Below are positions 29,362 through 39,456 of a stretch of 64,000 nt of DNA, in pieces (the first letter of the stretch is position 1; each line of letters starts with the position of its first letter). A program made the position numbers and the translations under genes. A model generated the notes under the pieces. The model was not told where the DNA came from and did not search any database. It worked only from the letters and a program-made list of their open reading frames with translations. This DNA comes from Candidatus Hydrogenedentota bacterium. Lineage in GTDB: Bacteria; Hydrogenedentota; Hydrogenedentia; Hydrogenedentales; SLHB01. The stretch is taken from the NCBI GenBank assembly GCA_045863335.1, contig BTVY01000003.1, positions 140,020-204,019 on the forward strand, given 5' to 3'.

Positions 29362-29395
29362 GAAGAAAAGACCCCCGGCCTTTCGACCGGGGGTC
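29362..29395 (-). terminator. Rho-independent terminator of ppdK
   Basis: Minus strand GACCCCCGG-loop-CCGGGGGTC followed by TTTTCTTC. Confidence 0.8.
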
Positions 29396-29421
29396 CATTG
29401 TAGCGTCAATGAATCGGCAGG

Positions 29422-32181
29422 TTACTTCTTCTTTTTCTTGCCGCCGGACTTCTTGCCCTTCTTCTCTTCCTTACGCGGCGTTTCGATGGCGGCTTGTGCC
29501 GCGGCGAAGCGCGCGATGGGTACGCGGAAGGGGCTGCAGCTCACGTAGTTCAAGCCGACGCGGTGGCAGAACTTCACCGAGCTGGCCTCGCCGCCGTGCT
29601 CGCCGCAGATACCGACTTTCAGGGCCGGGCGCGCCGAACGGCCGCGTTCGACGCCCATGGCGACCAACTGGCCGATACCTTCCTGGTCCAGCGCCTGGAA
29701 AGGATCCTGCGGCAATATCCCCTGCTCGATGTAGTGCGGCAGGAAGCCGCCCACGTCGTCGCGGGAGTAGCCGAAGCCCATCTGCGTCAGGTCGTTCGTG
29801 CCAAAGCTGAAGAACTCGGCGTCCGCGGCGATCTTATCCGCAACCAAGCAAGCACGCGGGATTTCGATCATCGTGCCGACCATGTAGTTCAGCTTGAGCT
29901 TGAATTCCTTTTCGACCTGTGCCGCGACGTTGCGGACGATGGCGGCCTGATTCTTGAACTCGTTCTCGTGACCCACCAGCGGGATCATGATTTCCGGAAG
30001 CACCTTGACCTTCTTCTTGGTCAATTCTGCGGCCGCTTCCAGGATGGCCCGCGCCTGCATTTCCGTGATCTCCGGATAAGCGACGCCCAGACGGCACCCG
30101 CGGTGACCGAGCATCGGGTTCAGCTCGTGCAACTGGTGGATGCGTTCCTTAATCTTGCTTGCCGGTACGTTGATCTGCTTCGACAACTCGTCGACCTGCT
30201 TGTCCGTCAACGTGACGAACTCATGCAGCGGCGGGTCCAGCAAGCGAATGGTCACCGGTTTGCCGGCCATGACCTTGAGGATGCCGATGAAGTCCTTCTT
30301 CTGGTAAGGAAGGAGCTTCATGACGGCCTTGCGGCGCACGTCTTCGTTCTCCGCCAGAATCATCTCGCGCATGTGCACGATGCGTTCCGGCTCGAAGAAC
30401 ATGTGCTCCGTGCGGGCGAGACCGATGCCTTCGGCGCCGAACTGGATGGCCTGCTCGGCGTCTTCGGGGCGTTCGGCGTTGGTGCGAACGTTGATCTGCC
30501 GCACCTGGTCCGCCCACGTCATCAACTTCTTGTACCACGGGTTCCGTTCAGGCTGTGCAGGAAGGACGCCAACCTGGCCAACGTACACCTTACCGGCCGA
30601 ACCGTTCAAGCTGATCCAGTCGCCTTCCTTCAACACCGTGCCGTTGGCGGAAACCGTCTTCTCTTTGTAGTTAATCGCCAGGGTGCCGCAACCCACGATG
30701 CAGCATTTGCCCCAACCGCGCGCGACGAGCGCCGCGTGGCTGGTCATGCCGCCCTTCGCCGTGAGAATCGCCTGGGCCACGTGCATTCCGTGCACGTCTT
30801 CCGGCGAGGTCTCGTTGCGGACCAGCACGACCTTTTTACCCTGCTTCGACCAGGCTTCCGCCGTGTCGGCGCTGAGCGCGATCTGACCCACGCCACCGCC
30901 GGGACCGGCCGGAAGACCGCTCGCGAGAACTTGCGCCTTCTTCTCGGCGGCCGGGTCCAGCATGGGGTGCAGCAGTTCGTCCAACTGCTCCGGCTTCACG
31001 CGCATGATGGCTTTGGTCTTGTCGATGAGCTTGCTCTCGGCCATCTCGACGGCCATGCGAATCGCGGCCGTACCCGTGCGTTTACCCGTACGGGTCTGGA
31101 GCATCCAAAGGACACCATCTTCGATGGTGAATTCGATGTCCTGCATGTCCTTGTAATGGCTTTCCAACTTCAGGCGGATCTTGTCGAGCTGCTTGTACGC
31201 CTTCGGATTCACTTCTTCCAGCGACTTGTGGCCCTTGGACTCGGCGCGCTTGGTGGCCTTGTTCAGGGGGGACGGTGTGCGCGTACCGGCCACGACGTCT
31301 TCACCCTGCGCATTGACCAGCCATTCGCCGTAGAACTGGTTCTCACCGGTGGCCGGGTCGCGCGTGAACGCCACGCCGGTGGCCGACGTTTCGCCCATGT
31401 TGCCGAAGACCATCGCCTGCACGTTCACCGCGGTGCCCCAGTCGTGGGGGATGCCTTCGATGCGGCGGTAGGAGATGGCGCGCTTACCGTTCCAGGATTG
31501 GAACACGGCCTTGATGCCGCCCCAGAGCTGGGCGTTCGCATCGTCGGGGAATTCCTTGCCCAGCGTCTTCTTGACGATCGCCTTGAACTCTTCACAGAGT
31601 TCTTTCAAATCTTCCGCGGTCAACTCGGGATCCAGCGTCACGCCGCGCTTCTTTTTCAACGCGTCCATGGCATGTTCGTGTTGCTCGCGCACCGAGTGGC
31701 CGTCTTTCGTTTCCACGCCCGCGGCTTTCTCCATCACCACGTCCGCGTACATCGTGATGAGGCGGCGGTAAGCGTCGTAGGCGAAACGCTCATCGCCGCT
31801 TTTGGCGATGAGGCCCGGGAGGGTCTTCGACGACAGGCCGATGTTCAGCACCGTGTCCATCATGCCCGGCATGGACATGCGCGCGCCGGAGCGAACCGAC
31901 ATGAGCAGGGGGTTCTTCGGGTCGTCGAACTTCTTGCCCATGACCTTTTCGGTGCGGGCGAGCGCCTTTTCGACTTCCTTGGTGAGTTCCTTGGGAAGCC
32001 GGCCCTTGTTGTTGTAATACTCGGTGCACATTTCGGTCGTGATGGTGAACCCGGCGGGCACCGGGATTCCCAGGCTCGACATCTCGGCAAGGTTGGCGCC
32101 TTTGCCGCCGAGCAGTTCCTTCATGCCGGCGCGCCCCTCGGCCTTGCCGCCACCAAAGAAATAAACGTTCTTTTTAGCCAT
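29422..32181 (-). CDS. ppdK: Pyruvate, phosphate dikinase
   Basis: LLGGKGANLAEM, SVRSGA..SMPGMMDT, GGMTSHAA, SFGTNDLTQ, GICGEHGG. Confidence 0.98.
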   Translation of the reverse strand: MAKKNVYFFGGGKAEGRAGMKELLGGKGANLAEMSSLGIPVPAGFTITTEMCTEYYNNKGRLPKELTKEVEKALARTEKVMGKKFDDPKNPLLMSVRSGARMSMPGMMDTVLNIGLSSKTLPGLIAKSGDERFAYDAYRRLITMYADVVMEKAAGVETKDGHSVREQHEHAMDALKKKRGVTLDPELTAEDLKELCEEFKAIVKKTLGKEFPDDANAQLWGGIKAVFQSWNGKRAISYRRIEGIPHDWGTAVNVQAMVFGNMGETSATGVAFTRDPATGENQFYGEWLVNAQGEDVVAGTRTPSPLNKATKRAESKGHKSLEEVNPKAYKQLDKIRLKLESHYKDMQDIEFTIEDGVLWMLQTRTGKRTGTAAIRMAVEMAESKLIDKTKAIMRVKPEQLDELLHPMLDPAAEKKAQVLASGLPAGPGGGVGQIALSADTAEAWSKQGKKVVLVRNETSPEDVHGMHVAQAILTAKGGMTSHAALVARGWGKCCIVGCGTLAINYKEKTVSANGTVLKEGDWISLNGSAGKVYVGQVGVLPAQPERNPWYKKLMTWADQVRQINVRTNAERPEDAEQAIQFGAEGIGLARTEHMFFEPERIVHMREMILAENEDVRRKAVMKLLPYQKKDFIGILKVMAGKPVTIRLLDPPLHEFVTLTDKQVDELSKQINVPASKIKERIHQLHELNPMLGHRGCRLGVAYPEITEMQARAILEAAAELTKKKVKVLPEIMIPLVGHENEFKNQAAIVRNVAAQVEKEFKLKLNYMVGTMIEIPRACLVADKIAADAEFFSFGTNDLTQMGFGYSRDDVGGFLPHYIEQGILPQDPFQALDQEGIGQLVAMGVERGRSARPALKVGICGEHGGEASSVKFCHRVGLNYVSCSPFRVPIARFAAAQAAIETPRKEEKKGKKSGGKKKKK

Positions 32182-32803
32182 TCGAATCTTCTCCTTCCGT
32201 GCTGTTCCCTTAAGCACGATACCCCGTTGAGCGCGGGGAGAAACGGTTACGGTGTGCAGTTCTCGTTCAACTGAACCCCCATGCACAAAATCGCCAGATT
32301 ATAGCGGACGGCGTCGTGGGGTTGCAAAGTTTACGCGCGGATGGTGTTGGACAGCCCGTGGGGCTGGCGCGATTTCGCATTAATCCGGTATGCGGTGCGG
32401 ACTGGGAAGACGGGCTGATTGCGTCACGGTACACTTTTGCCCACACTCCGCGCAGTATCGGGGCGCATCAAGCCGTGGCTCCCGTCCAAACGCCCGGAAA
32501 TTGTGTATTATAGGAGTAGCCTACATACATATAATCAGAGACGGCCGCATCTGCGATTGCTCTCGTTTAATCCGGTGCGTTCGGTCGCGTCCCCTGGATG
32601 TTCGCCGGCAGGCATGCCGCCGGTCGATTGAAGGCGTTGACTTGGTCGCGTGCAGTCCGTTCTAATAGGACCGACAAATGACAAAAAACGTCGCTGGGGC
32701 AACGTTTACGTCAGTTCAATTTACAGGAATCGACGATAGCGCGGCCTGCGGATGCAACGTAAGTCCTTGGTTGGCAATCCTCAGGCCTGGATGAGGGGGA
32801 GCA

Positions 32804-32819
32804 TGGCACAAGTCCTGCT
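32804..32819 (+). promoter_or_regulatory. Putative sigma54 (-24/-12) promoter of the pilin gene
   Basis: TGGCACAAGTCCTGCT (GG-N10-GC), about 65 nt upstream of the ATG. Confidence 0.55.
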
Positions 32820-32882
32820 CATGCAAGTCTGCGCGAACGCGGTTGGGCTGGAAATACGAAGTCGGTATACGGGAGTCGCGCT

Positions 32883-33371
32883 ATGAAACGTACACACGGT
32901 TTCACGATGGTCGAGCTGATGATCGTCATGGAGATCATCATGCTCCTGACCGCGCTCGCCTACCCTCAACTTCGGCGGGCGCTGATCAACGCCCGCGAAG
33001 GCAACGCCGTTGGTTCCATGAAGATGATCGTCACCGCCCAGGCTGGGTTCAAGGAAGCGGGATTCGTCGACCTCGACGGAAACGGCGAAGGCGACTATGG
33101 AACCCTTCCACAACTATCCGACCCTGACGGCGCGGGCGCGACCCAGGGGTTCATCGACACCGTGCTCGCTACGGGCGTGAAGTCGGGATACATTTTCACC
33201 ATCGCCGTGACACCCGGCACCGCCACCAACCCGCCCTCGTACACCGTCACCGGAATCCCCACCATACCCGGCAGCACGGCATACAAGATGTACTACGCCG
33301 ACGATACCGGGATCATCCGTTTCACCGGAGACGGAACACCCGTGGGACCCACATCGCCGGTACTGGACTAG
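32883..33371 (+). CDS. Type IV pilin-like protein (prepilin cleavage/methylation motif)
   Basis: MKRTHG|FTMVELMIV with Glu5, hydrophobic helix, KSGYIF, GGAG RBS. Confidence 0.9.
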   Translation: MKRTHGFTMVELMIVMEIIMLLTALAYPQLRRALINAREGNAVGSMKMIVTAQAGFKEAGFVDLDGNGEGDYGTLPQLSDPDGAGATQGFIDTVLATGVKSGYIFTIAVTPGTATNPPSYTVTGIPTIPGSTAYKMYYADDTGIIRFTGDGTPVGPTSPVLD

Positions 33372-33638
33372 CCGATCAAGGTCGTGCTTCCGATTCCGCG
33401 CCACACCACAGCGCAGCCATGCATCGCGTACGTAGCGCCTGGTAGGTCAGACTGAGTCTGCCGGTTCCGGCATCCCGATCATGTCGGCCACAACGGCGTT
33501 CGTGACTTGATAAATCCATTTCCGATCTGAGATCTCAGATCTGGAAATGGCGACGTCAAGGCGTGGCCTGGTTCGAGGGCGAACGCCCGTGCGTTGAGAG
33601 ATTTCTCCGTTCGGATCCACTGCTAACGAAAGAAAGCC

Positions 33639-33717
33639 TTGGCCACAAAGGAACGCATAGAACTCAATTAAGAAAGTACGAGATCTTTTTGTGTTCTATG
33701 CGTTCTTTTGTGGCCAA
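33639..33717. repeat. Short inverted-repeat element
   Basis: TTGGCCACAAAGGAACGCATAGAAC ... GTTCTATGCGTTCTTTTGTGGCCAA; related half-site at about 63897-63922. Confidence 0.75.
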
Positions 33718-33907
33718 TCCATGCATTACGCGAAACGAACGGGATCGCAGAGAGACTTGCACCCAAGAGGCTGGCCGCGCGCACGGTGCGACTTGCCACG
33801 CCTTCCCGCTCCGCGCTACACTACCGCCCATACCGCATCAAACCTGACCAAGCGGGGCTTCGCAATGAAGAAGACATCGAGCTTCCCGTGTGGTTAGCGA
33901 CCTCTTC

Positions 33908-33981
33908 GCGCCTGTAGCTCAGTTGGATAGAGCAACGGCCTTCTAAGCCGTAGGTCGAGCGTTCGAATCGCTCCAGGCGCG
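33908..33981 (+). tRNA. tRNA-Arg (anticodon UCU), CCA not encoded
   Basis: Acceptor GCGCCTG/CAGGCGC, D-arm AGCTCAGTTGGATAGAGC, anticodon arm ACGGC-CTTCTAA-GCCGT, T-arm GAGCG-TTCGAAT-CGCTC. Confidence 0.96.
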
Positions 33982-34247
33982 CTTCTTTTTACAGCCAGGC
34001 CGTCCGCGGCTTCCCGCCGGACAACGGTCGCAACCCCTTGTCCAATGAATTCCGCTGTGCACATGATATTATGTCGTGACAGGATTCGGTACGCTGGTGG
34101 ACACCGGGAGTGGGGCAGCGTGTGAGCCTAACGCGTGGGCAACGGAGTAGGGCGGCATCGCTTGTTGCAGTTGCGGAGACGTTCTTGCGACTACTCAGCG
34201 GGTGCCGGCACGCACCTCGCGCGCGAAGAGCGTGAAAGGAGACGGGT

Positions 34248-37061
34248 TTGGGTATTCTTGGACTGCGAATAGGCCGCACAAACACACACGCAGTAGTCAT
34301 GAAAGATGCCAACGGACCCGTTCCGCTTGGTCACCCGAATGATCCAATTCCCACAATGGCCGTCATTGAAGACGGTCACTGGATCATTGGTGAATCCGCC
34401 CTAAACCTATCAGCGTACCGTCCCGGGTGTATCGCGCGCCTGCCCGCCAGCCTAAGCGACCCGATATGCGCGGGTAACTCGATGTACGATTCGAGTACGC
34501 TATTGACAGGTATCGCAAGTCTCGCGAAGCAGGCCGCCGAAAGAGAGTTGGAAACGCGAATCGAGTCGTGCGCACTTTCCATTCCCACATGCTATACCGC
34601 CGCCGATTTGACTGTCCTTCGCGACGCGTGTATCGCGGCAGGATTCAAAAGGGTGGAGTTCGTCGTCGATCCCATAGCGGCAGTAGCGGATGCGTATCCT
34701 GATCCCGAAGCTGGGCCCGAGTGTATCCTTGTAGTGCGAATGGGCGGTCGAAGCTTCGAGGCTGCCGTGATTAGCTCGCGCGACGGAGAATACTCGGTCG
34801 ATGCCTTCGAAAGCGATTCCTTTCTTGGCGGCGAGGACTTCGATCGCGCCATTGTAAAGTGGTTCATTGAGGGTGCCGAACATGACAATCCGAAGCTGGC
34901 GGAAACCATTCGAAATGACCGCACGGTGTATGATCATTTGACTTGGGCGGCAGTGAGCGCAAAGCATACCCTCTCATCGCGCGTCAGCGCACACCTGATC
35001 CTACCGATCGGAAACGAGTCACTTCACCGCGAGCTTAGCCGGGACGTTTTTAACGATTTGACGCGCCCACTCGTGGACCGAGCAGGAGCAATGGTAGCGT
35101 CCTTGTTGCTGCAAACCAGATGCACAGACGATATAGCGCCGAATTTGATCCTGACGGGCGGCAGTGCGGCAATTCCTGCCCTCGTTGACAGAATACAACT
35201 AGGCGCGAATACCAGGCTTCAGCCGATCCAGAATTCCGCCAATGCCTCTGCCAGAGGGGCGGCCCGTTTTGCGAATCGGATGTTACATCCCGCCACGGGA
35301 GTTGACGCAGCGGCCAACAGACGAGTACTCTACGCGCCTAGAATAGATTTGAGCAGCGATCGTATGCGCCTCTTGCTCGAGGAGATTACGTTGTCGGCCG
35401 CCGCACCGCCGCCACCCTCTCCTCTGCATCTGCCGAAGGCGCTTCATGCCGAGTGTCAAAGACTCGCAGCGTTTCGCGATTCGTTGAGCGCCCGCCTCGG
35501 TTCAGCCCGGTCGGAGTACGCCGCAAAGATTGAGCAGTCCCGAGAGGACCTGGAATGTCTGGCCTGCGACATCTCATCTCTCACGGACGCGCAAATGACC
35601 GCGGAACGCGGACGTGAGTTGTACCTTCGACTTCAGCGCGTTCTCGCCGGGCTTCAGTCCATTTCAACACATCTAGACGAGGGCGGACCTTGCGAGCCTA
35701 CCAAGCCTGCCGTTCCGCAACACGTGGAGGAACCTCTCTCCCACAGCCTGAGCCTGGACGAGAACGTTCAGTTCAGCGTCTACCGGCCGAGGACCGTAGA
35801 GCCATCAAAATGGTATCCGATGCTGGCATTTGCTCATTTGGACGCACTGTCGGAGGATGCGGCGCCTGACGAGGCAGATCCTATCGAGGAAGTCCATCGT
35901 CAGGCGGAATCGATTCTCGGTGAGAAACTCACGGAATACCGGGAGAGCACCCACGATAGCCGAGCTACCGTTCCCCATGAAGGAGAGATTACTTTTCTTC
36001 CGGAGGTTACCGGCATCCAGTTCAATCCTCCGCGCCGCGTATTTCTTTGGGTGGAAAACGTTCACCGTGAAGAATTTCGACTGCGGGCCGACGCTTCCCT
36101 GGAGGGCCAGACCGCGCGTGGATCGCTCAGCGTCTTCCTGGGTAGCATTCTTCTGGCTGAAGTAACACTCGCGATACGCGTCCAAACCGGGGTCAGCGTG
36201 AGTGCAGTCGAGCCGGCGCACCTCAGTACCGCGCGGCCCTATCGGAAGGTATTCGCGTCCTACTCGCATCAGGATACCGCGATTGTCCAAGAGTTCGAAC
36301 GGTATGCCCGGGCCTTGGGTGACACCTATCTTCGGGATTGGATCGATCTTCGTGCAGGAGAGATTTGGAACGACCGCTTGCTCGATATGATTCGGGAGGC
36401 CGATGTCTTCCAGCTCTTCTGGTCTTCGAATGCGATGCGTTCGGAATATGTCGCGCGGGAATACCAGTACGCCTTGGCCCTGAATCGGCCTCACTTCGTT
36501 CGCCCCACCTATTGGGAGCAACCTCTTCCCGAAAACCCATCGGCCGGGTTACCGCCAGAAGAATTAAAGCGGCTCCATTTTCAGTGTCTGACCGTCAGTG
36601 ACGGCGCCTCACATGGTTTGGCCTCTCAAACGCGGAGTGAGTCTCGCGAGGAAATCACGTCACGTTCGGTCTCTTCAGCCAGCCCCAGTGTTCCACCTTC
36701 CCCGGCCCCGCGTCCGCAGAGCAAAGATACAGGCATGACTGATTTTAAAGATGCCTTTGGAGCGCCCACATCGGCACCTAGCGCCGCCTATGATCTGGAC
36801 TTTGATAGCGCTGCTGAGACGTTTGACGATTCCGTTGGCCAGTTCCAATTGCCGGACGAATTTCCTATGCCGGCACCAACAGACGGTTCCCGCGGTCAGG
36901 CCCCCTTCCCAGATGAAATGCCCATGGCGGCACCAGGGTTCGCGCCGCCACCAGCGGCAAGGTCGAGACGCGGTAGACCCATCGAATTGTGGGGCATAGC
37001 AGGGGTGACGATTCTGGTCCTTCTGCTCATCGGGATTATGGCGTACATCGCCATCCGATGA
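34248..37061 (+). CDS. Degenerate Hsp70 ATPase domain - coiled coil - unknown beta domain - TIR domain - Pro-rich linker - C-terminal TM
   Basis: AAAGGAG RBS before TTG. Hsp70-like motifs LSIPTCY, LGGEDFD, AKHTLS, LTGGSAAIP. TIR motifs VFASYSHQD, DLRAGE.W, LFWS.NA..SEYVARE. Confidence 0.85.
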   Translation: MGILGLRIGRTNTHAVVMKDANGPVPLGHPNDPIPTMAVIEDGHWIIGESALNLSAYRPGCIARLPASLSDPICAGNSMYDSSTLLTGIASLAKQAAERELETRIESCALSIPTCYTAADLTVLRDACIAAGFKRVEFVVDPIAAVADAYPDPEAGPECILVVRMGGRSFEAAVISSRDGEYSVDAFESDSFLGGEDFDRAIVKWFIEGAEHDNPKLAETIRNDRTVYDHLTWAAVSAKHTLSSRVSAHLILPIGNESLHRELSRDVFNDLTRPLVDRAGAMVASLLLQTRCTDDIAPNLILTGGSAAIPALVDRIQLGANTRLQPIQNSANASARGAARFANRMLHPATGVDAAANRRVLYAPRIDLSSDRMRLLLEEITLSAAAPPPPSPLHLPKALHAECQRLAAFRDSLSARLGSARSEYAAKIEQSREDLECLACDISSLTDAQMTAERGRELYLRLQRVLAGLQSISTHLDEGGPCEPTKPAVPQHVEEPLSHSLSLDENVQFSVYRPRTVEPSKWYPMLAFAHLDALSEDAAPDEADPIEEVHRQAESILGEKLTEYRESTHDSRATVPHEGEITFLPEVTGIQFNPPRRVFLWVENVHREEFRLRADASLEGQTARGSLSVFLGSILLAEVTLAIRVQTGVSVSAVEPAHLSTARPYRKVFASYSHQDTAIVQEFERYARALGDTYLRDWIDLRAGEIWNDRLLDMIREADVFQLFWSSNAMRSEYVAREYQYALALNRPHFVRPTYWEQPLPENPSAGLPPEELKRLHFQCLTVSDGASHGLASQTRSESREEITSRSVSSASPSVPPSPAPRPQSKDTGMTDFKDAFGAPTSAPSAAYDLDFDSAAETFDDSVGQFQLPDEFPMPAPTDGSRGQAPFPDEMPMAAPGFAPPPAARSRRGRPIELWGIAGVTILVLLLIGIMAYIAIR

Positions 37062-37193
37062 GTTCGACCTCGGTACGCGAGAGCGCCCTATCAAAACGCG
37101 CCCTCAACAATTATGGGCGTGTCATCTTCGAATGGTGGCGACCGTCTCTTGATGTCGGGCCGCCGCCATTCAAGGTGAATCCTTAAGGGACCA

Positions 37194-37295
37194 TTACGCG
37201 AATTCGAAGATGGCGAAGAGTGCGGCGAGGAACTCTTCGATGTCGAGTCCAAAGATTGCCGTGACCAGTCCGAGGATGACCAAGAGGATTTCCAT
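37194..37295 (-). CDS. 33-aa hydrophobic small protein
   Basis: AAGGAG-8 nt-ATG; MEILLVILGLVTAIFGLDIEEFLAALFAIFEFA*; host-like codons; below the ORF-track cutoff. Confidence 0.65.
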   Translation of the reverse strand: MEILLVILGLVTAIFGLDIEEFLAALFAIFEFA

Positions 37296-37587
37296 TTTCT
37301 GTACTCCTTGACGTGTTCGTTTTCGCGGTTGCGTCACCGCGATTCGGGCCAGTTCTCAAGTCAGTAGACGTTTGCGGCGCCCGGCTTATTCATGATACGC
37401 CTGTTGTGGAGTCGGGAAAAGCTTTGCTGAACGAATCCAAAAGCGCATGCAAGGCATGCGTTACATTGTTCTGGGCGGGCGGAAACGCAAAGGGATCGTT
37501 CATGTTTTGTAAGTATTTTTAGAACAGTCTATTACCGCAAATCTGGCGACTAGCAGCCCGTGGCAAGGAACCTGCGTATTCGAATTA

Positions 37588-38063
37588 CGCCCGGCATGGA
37601 AACCGGGCGCTACAGGACTTCTGGCACGGGCTGTTAGGGTTCCCGCAAATTGGATGCATCTTTTCCGAGTCATTGTGGATAGATAAGGGGAGGGGGAGAT
37701 TGTACCCATTGATCTGAACGTATAGGGGGAACTCGATGACAACCCACGCATGCGAAACCTGCCGAATGCGCACCCACTACGAAGAAAACCCGCGATCCTG
37801 GCGGGGACGGCTCTGGTTGTGGCACACCAAGTGGTGTCCCGGTTGGAAGGCGTACGTGAAATCACGCAAACAAGAGATTTCGAAGCAGGAAGCGGGGGAG
37901 CCAGAGGCCTCCTGAGACGATTGGGGGTTCAGTTCAGCGATTGGTTGTTGTTGCGCCGTAGGCAACTTCAAACCGACGCTTCGACGTTGCGCTGTAGCGT
38001 CCGGCTTCCACGCCGGACGTCTTCGACTCCGTCACTCGCCCGGGGTGGAACCCGGGCGCTACA
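37588..38063. repeat. GTAG REP family (TGTAGCG.CCGG...CCGG): singlet at 37588-37614 and doublet at 37993-38063
   Basis: CCGGCATGGAAACCGGGCGCTACA; TGTAGCGTCCGGCTTCCACGCCGG; CGGGGTGGAACCCGGGCGCTACA. Confidence 0.7.
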
Positions 38064-38276
38064 AAGAGGTGCCGCGAGTTAGCCGCATTCCCTCAATCCT
38101 CGAGGTCGGCGACCGTACCGACACGATGGCATGAGGAAGAAGACCCCCTCCCCAGCCTTCACCGAAGACGGGTAGGGCGCAAGATCGCGCAGGTGGGGGA
38201 TGTTCTCCGGATCGTTTTGCTATAGTGCCTTGGCCCACGCGGCAGGCGTGGCAAAACGAATCAAGGAGGTTTCCCC

Positions 38277-39449
38277 GTGCGTCAAGCCCTGATCGGGTGT
38301 CTACTGACCGCCGTCGTTGTGATCCTCGCGCTTGCCGGCGGCGCAGCACTGTATGTATATGCGCCGTTCGGTTTGTCTGAACTCTTCGGGTTTGATGTAT
38401 ACGACGAGGGTCCGCCGGAAGGCGTCCACGTGGGGGAAGGGCTGTTCGCGAAGCAGTCCGTTGAACTCGACGGGCGCATCAACTGGGTGACCGACATCCT
38501 CGACGCGGACCTGGATGGCCAACCTGGCGCCGATCTGGGCATGGCAAGCCCCGAGGGGATTCTTTTTCGCGACAGCGCCTCTAAGCAACTGCGGTACGCG
38601 CCGATTGTTGAGTATGTGGACAACATCCGCTTCGTGCACGTTCCTTCTCTCGGCCAATACGCTGTGTACAACAACCAGTCCTGGTATGAAGAAGACGCTC
38701 TGGCGCTGTTCGATTTGAACGGGAAACAACTCTGGACTTTCGAGAATCCCAACGGACCCGCCGCGATGGTGCCCGGCGACCTGGACGGAGATGGCGAGCC
38801 GGAGTTCTGCGTGATCTATTCGGACGACGAGTCCGAGGAATCCGAAACCCTACTCGTGCTGAACGCATCCGGCAACGAGTTGTGGCGCAAGGCCATACCG
38901 TATACGTGGGATTTTGAAGTGGCGGATATCACCGGAGACGGGCTAGATGACATCTGTGTCTTCGATGAGACCGACGAAGTGTTTATCGAGCGACGCGAGG
39001 GTGAACGCCAACGGGTAACCACTGATCCGGTTATGGAGGCGTCCGTTTTCACGACAGTCGCGTGGCCGGCCAATGAATCTGGCGCCGAGAACATCTGTTT
39101 TGAAGTGTTCGAACGGCTGTCCTTCATCGACTCCGCCGGGAATCCACTGCTGGAACTCGATGCGCCCGGTCTGGACTATCCGGATGACATCCGCGCGGAG
39201 GCGTTTACCGTCGAACCCGGAGGCCCAGCCCATCTCGCGGTGATCGCGAATGCGTTTTACCCCGAGTACACGCAGTTCTACGTCTACGACCCGGACGGGG
39301 CGCTCATGTACTACGAGGTGTTGGGCTCGTATACGTCCGCCTTGACGCCGATCTATACGGAGTCCGGCGAATGCCGCATCCTGGTTGGCGGCGACGACAG
39401 TTTCTACGATTACACGCTCGCCGCCACTCCTCCCGAGGGTGAAGGTTAG
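38277..39449 (+). CDS. Membrane-anchored FG-GAP/VCBS-repeat protein
   Basis: AAGGAGG RBS, N-terminal TM, ADLDG, GDLDGDGEPEF, ADITGDGLDDI. Confidence 0.8.
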   Translation: MRQALIGCLLTAVVVILALAGGAALYVYAPFGLSELFGFDVYDEGPPEGVHVGEGLFAKQSVELDGRINWVTDILDADLDGQPGADLGMASPEGILFRDSASKQLRYAPIVEYVDNIRFVHVPSLGQYAVYNNQSWYEEDALALFDLNGKQLWTFENPNGPAAMVPGDLDGDGEPEFCVIYSDDESEESETLLVLNASGNELWRKAIPYTWDFEVADITGDGLDDICVFDETDEVFIERREGERQRVTTDPVMEASVFTTVAWPANESGAENICFEVFERLSFIDSAGNPLLELDAPGLDYPDDIRAEAFTVEPGGPAHLAVIANAFYPEYTQFYVYDPDGALMYYEVLGSYTSALTPIYTESGECRILVGGDDSFYDYTLAATPPEGEG

Positions 39450-39456
39450 TCCATTC

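Noticed and set aside
29494-32274. 926-aa plus-strand ORF and similar long antisense ORFs (1..966, 2051..3493, 18805..20472, 21759..23246)
   Set aside because: Shadow frames of well-supported genes in GC-rich DNA, with no recognisable motifs.
37561-37576. Sigma54-like motif TGGCAAGGAACCTGC
   Set aside because: No credible gene follows closely; may be chance.
33908-38276. Integrative island at tRNA-Arg
   Set aside because: No integrase, and no duplicated tRNA 3' end was found by eye.
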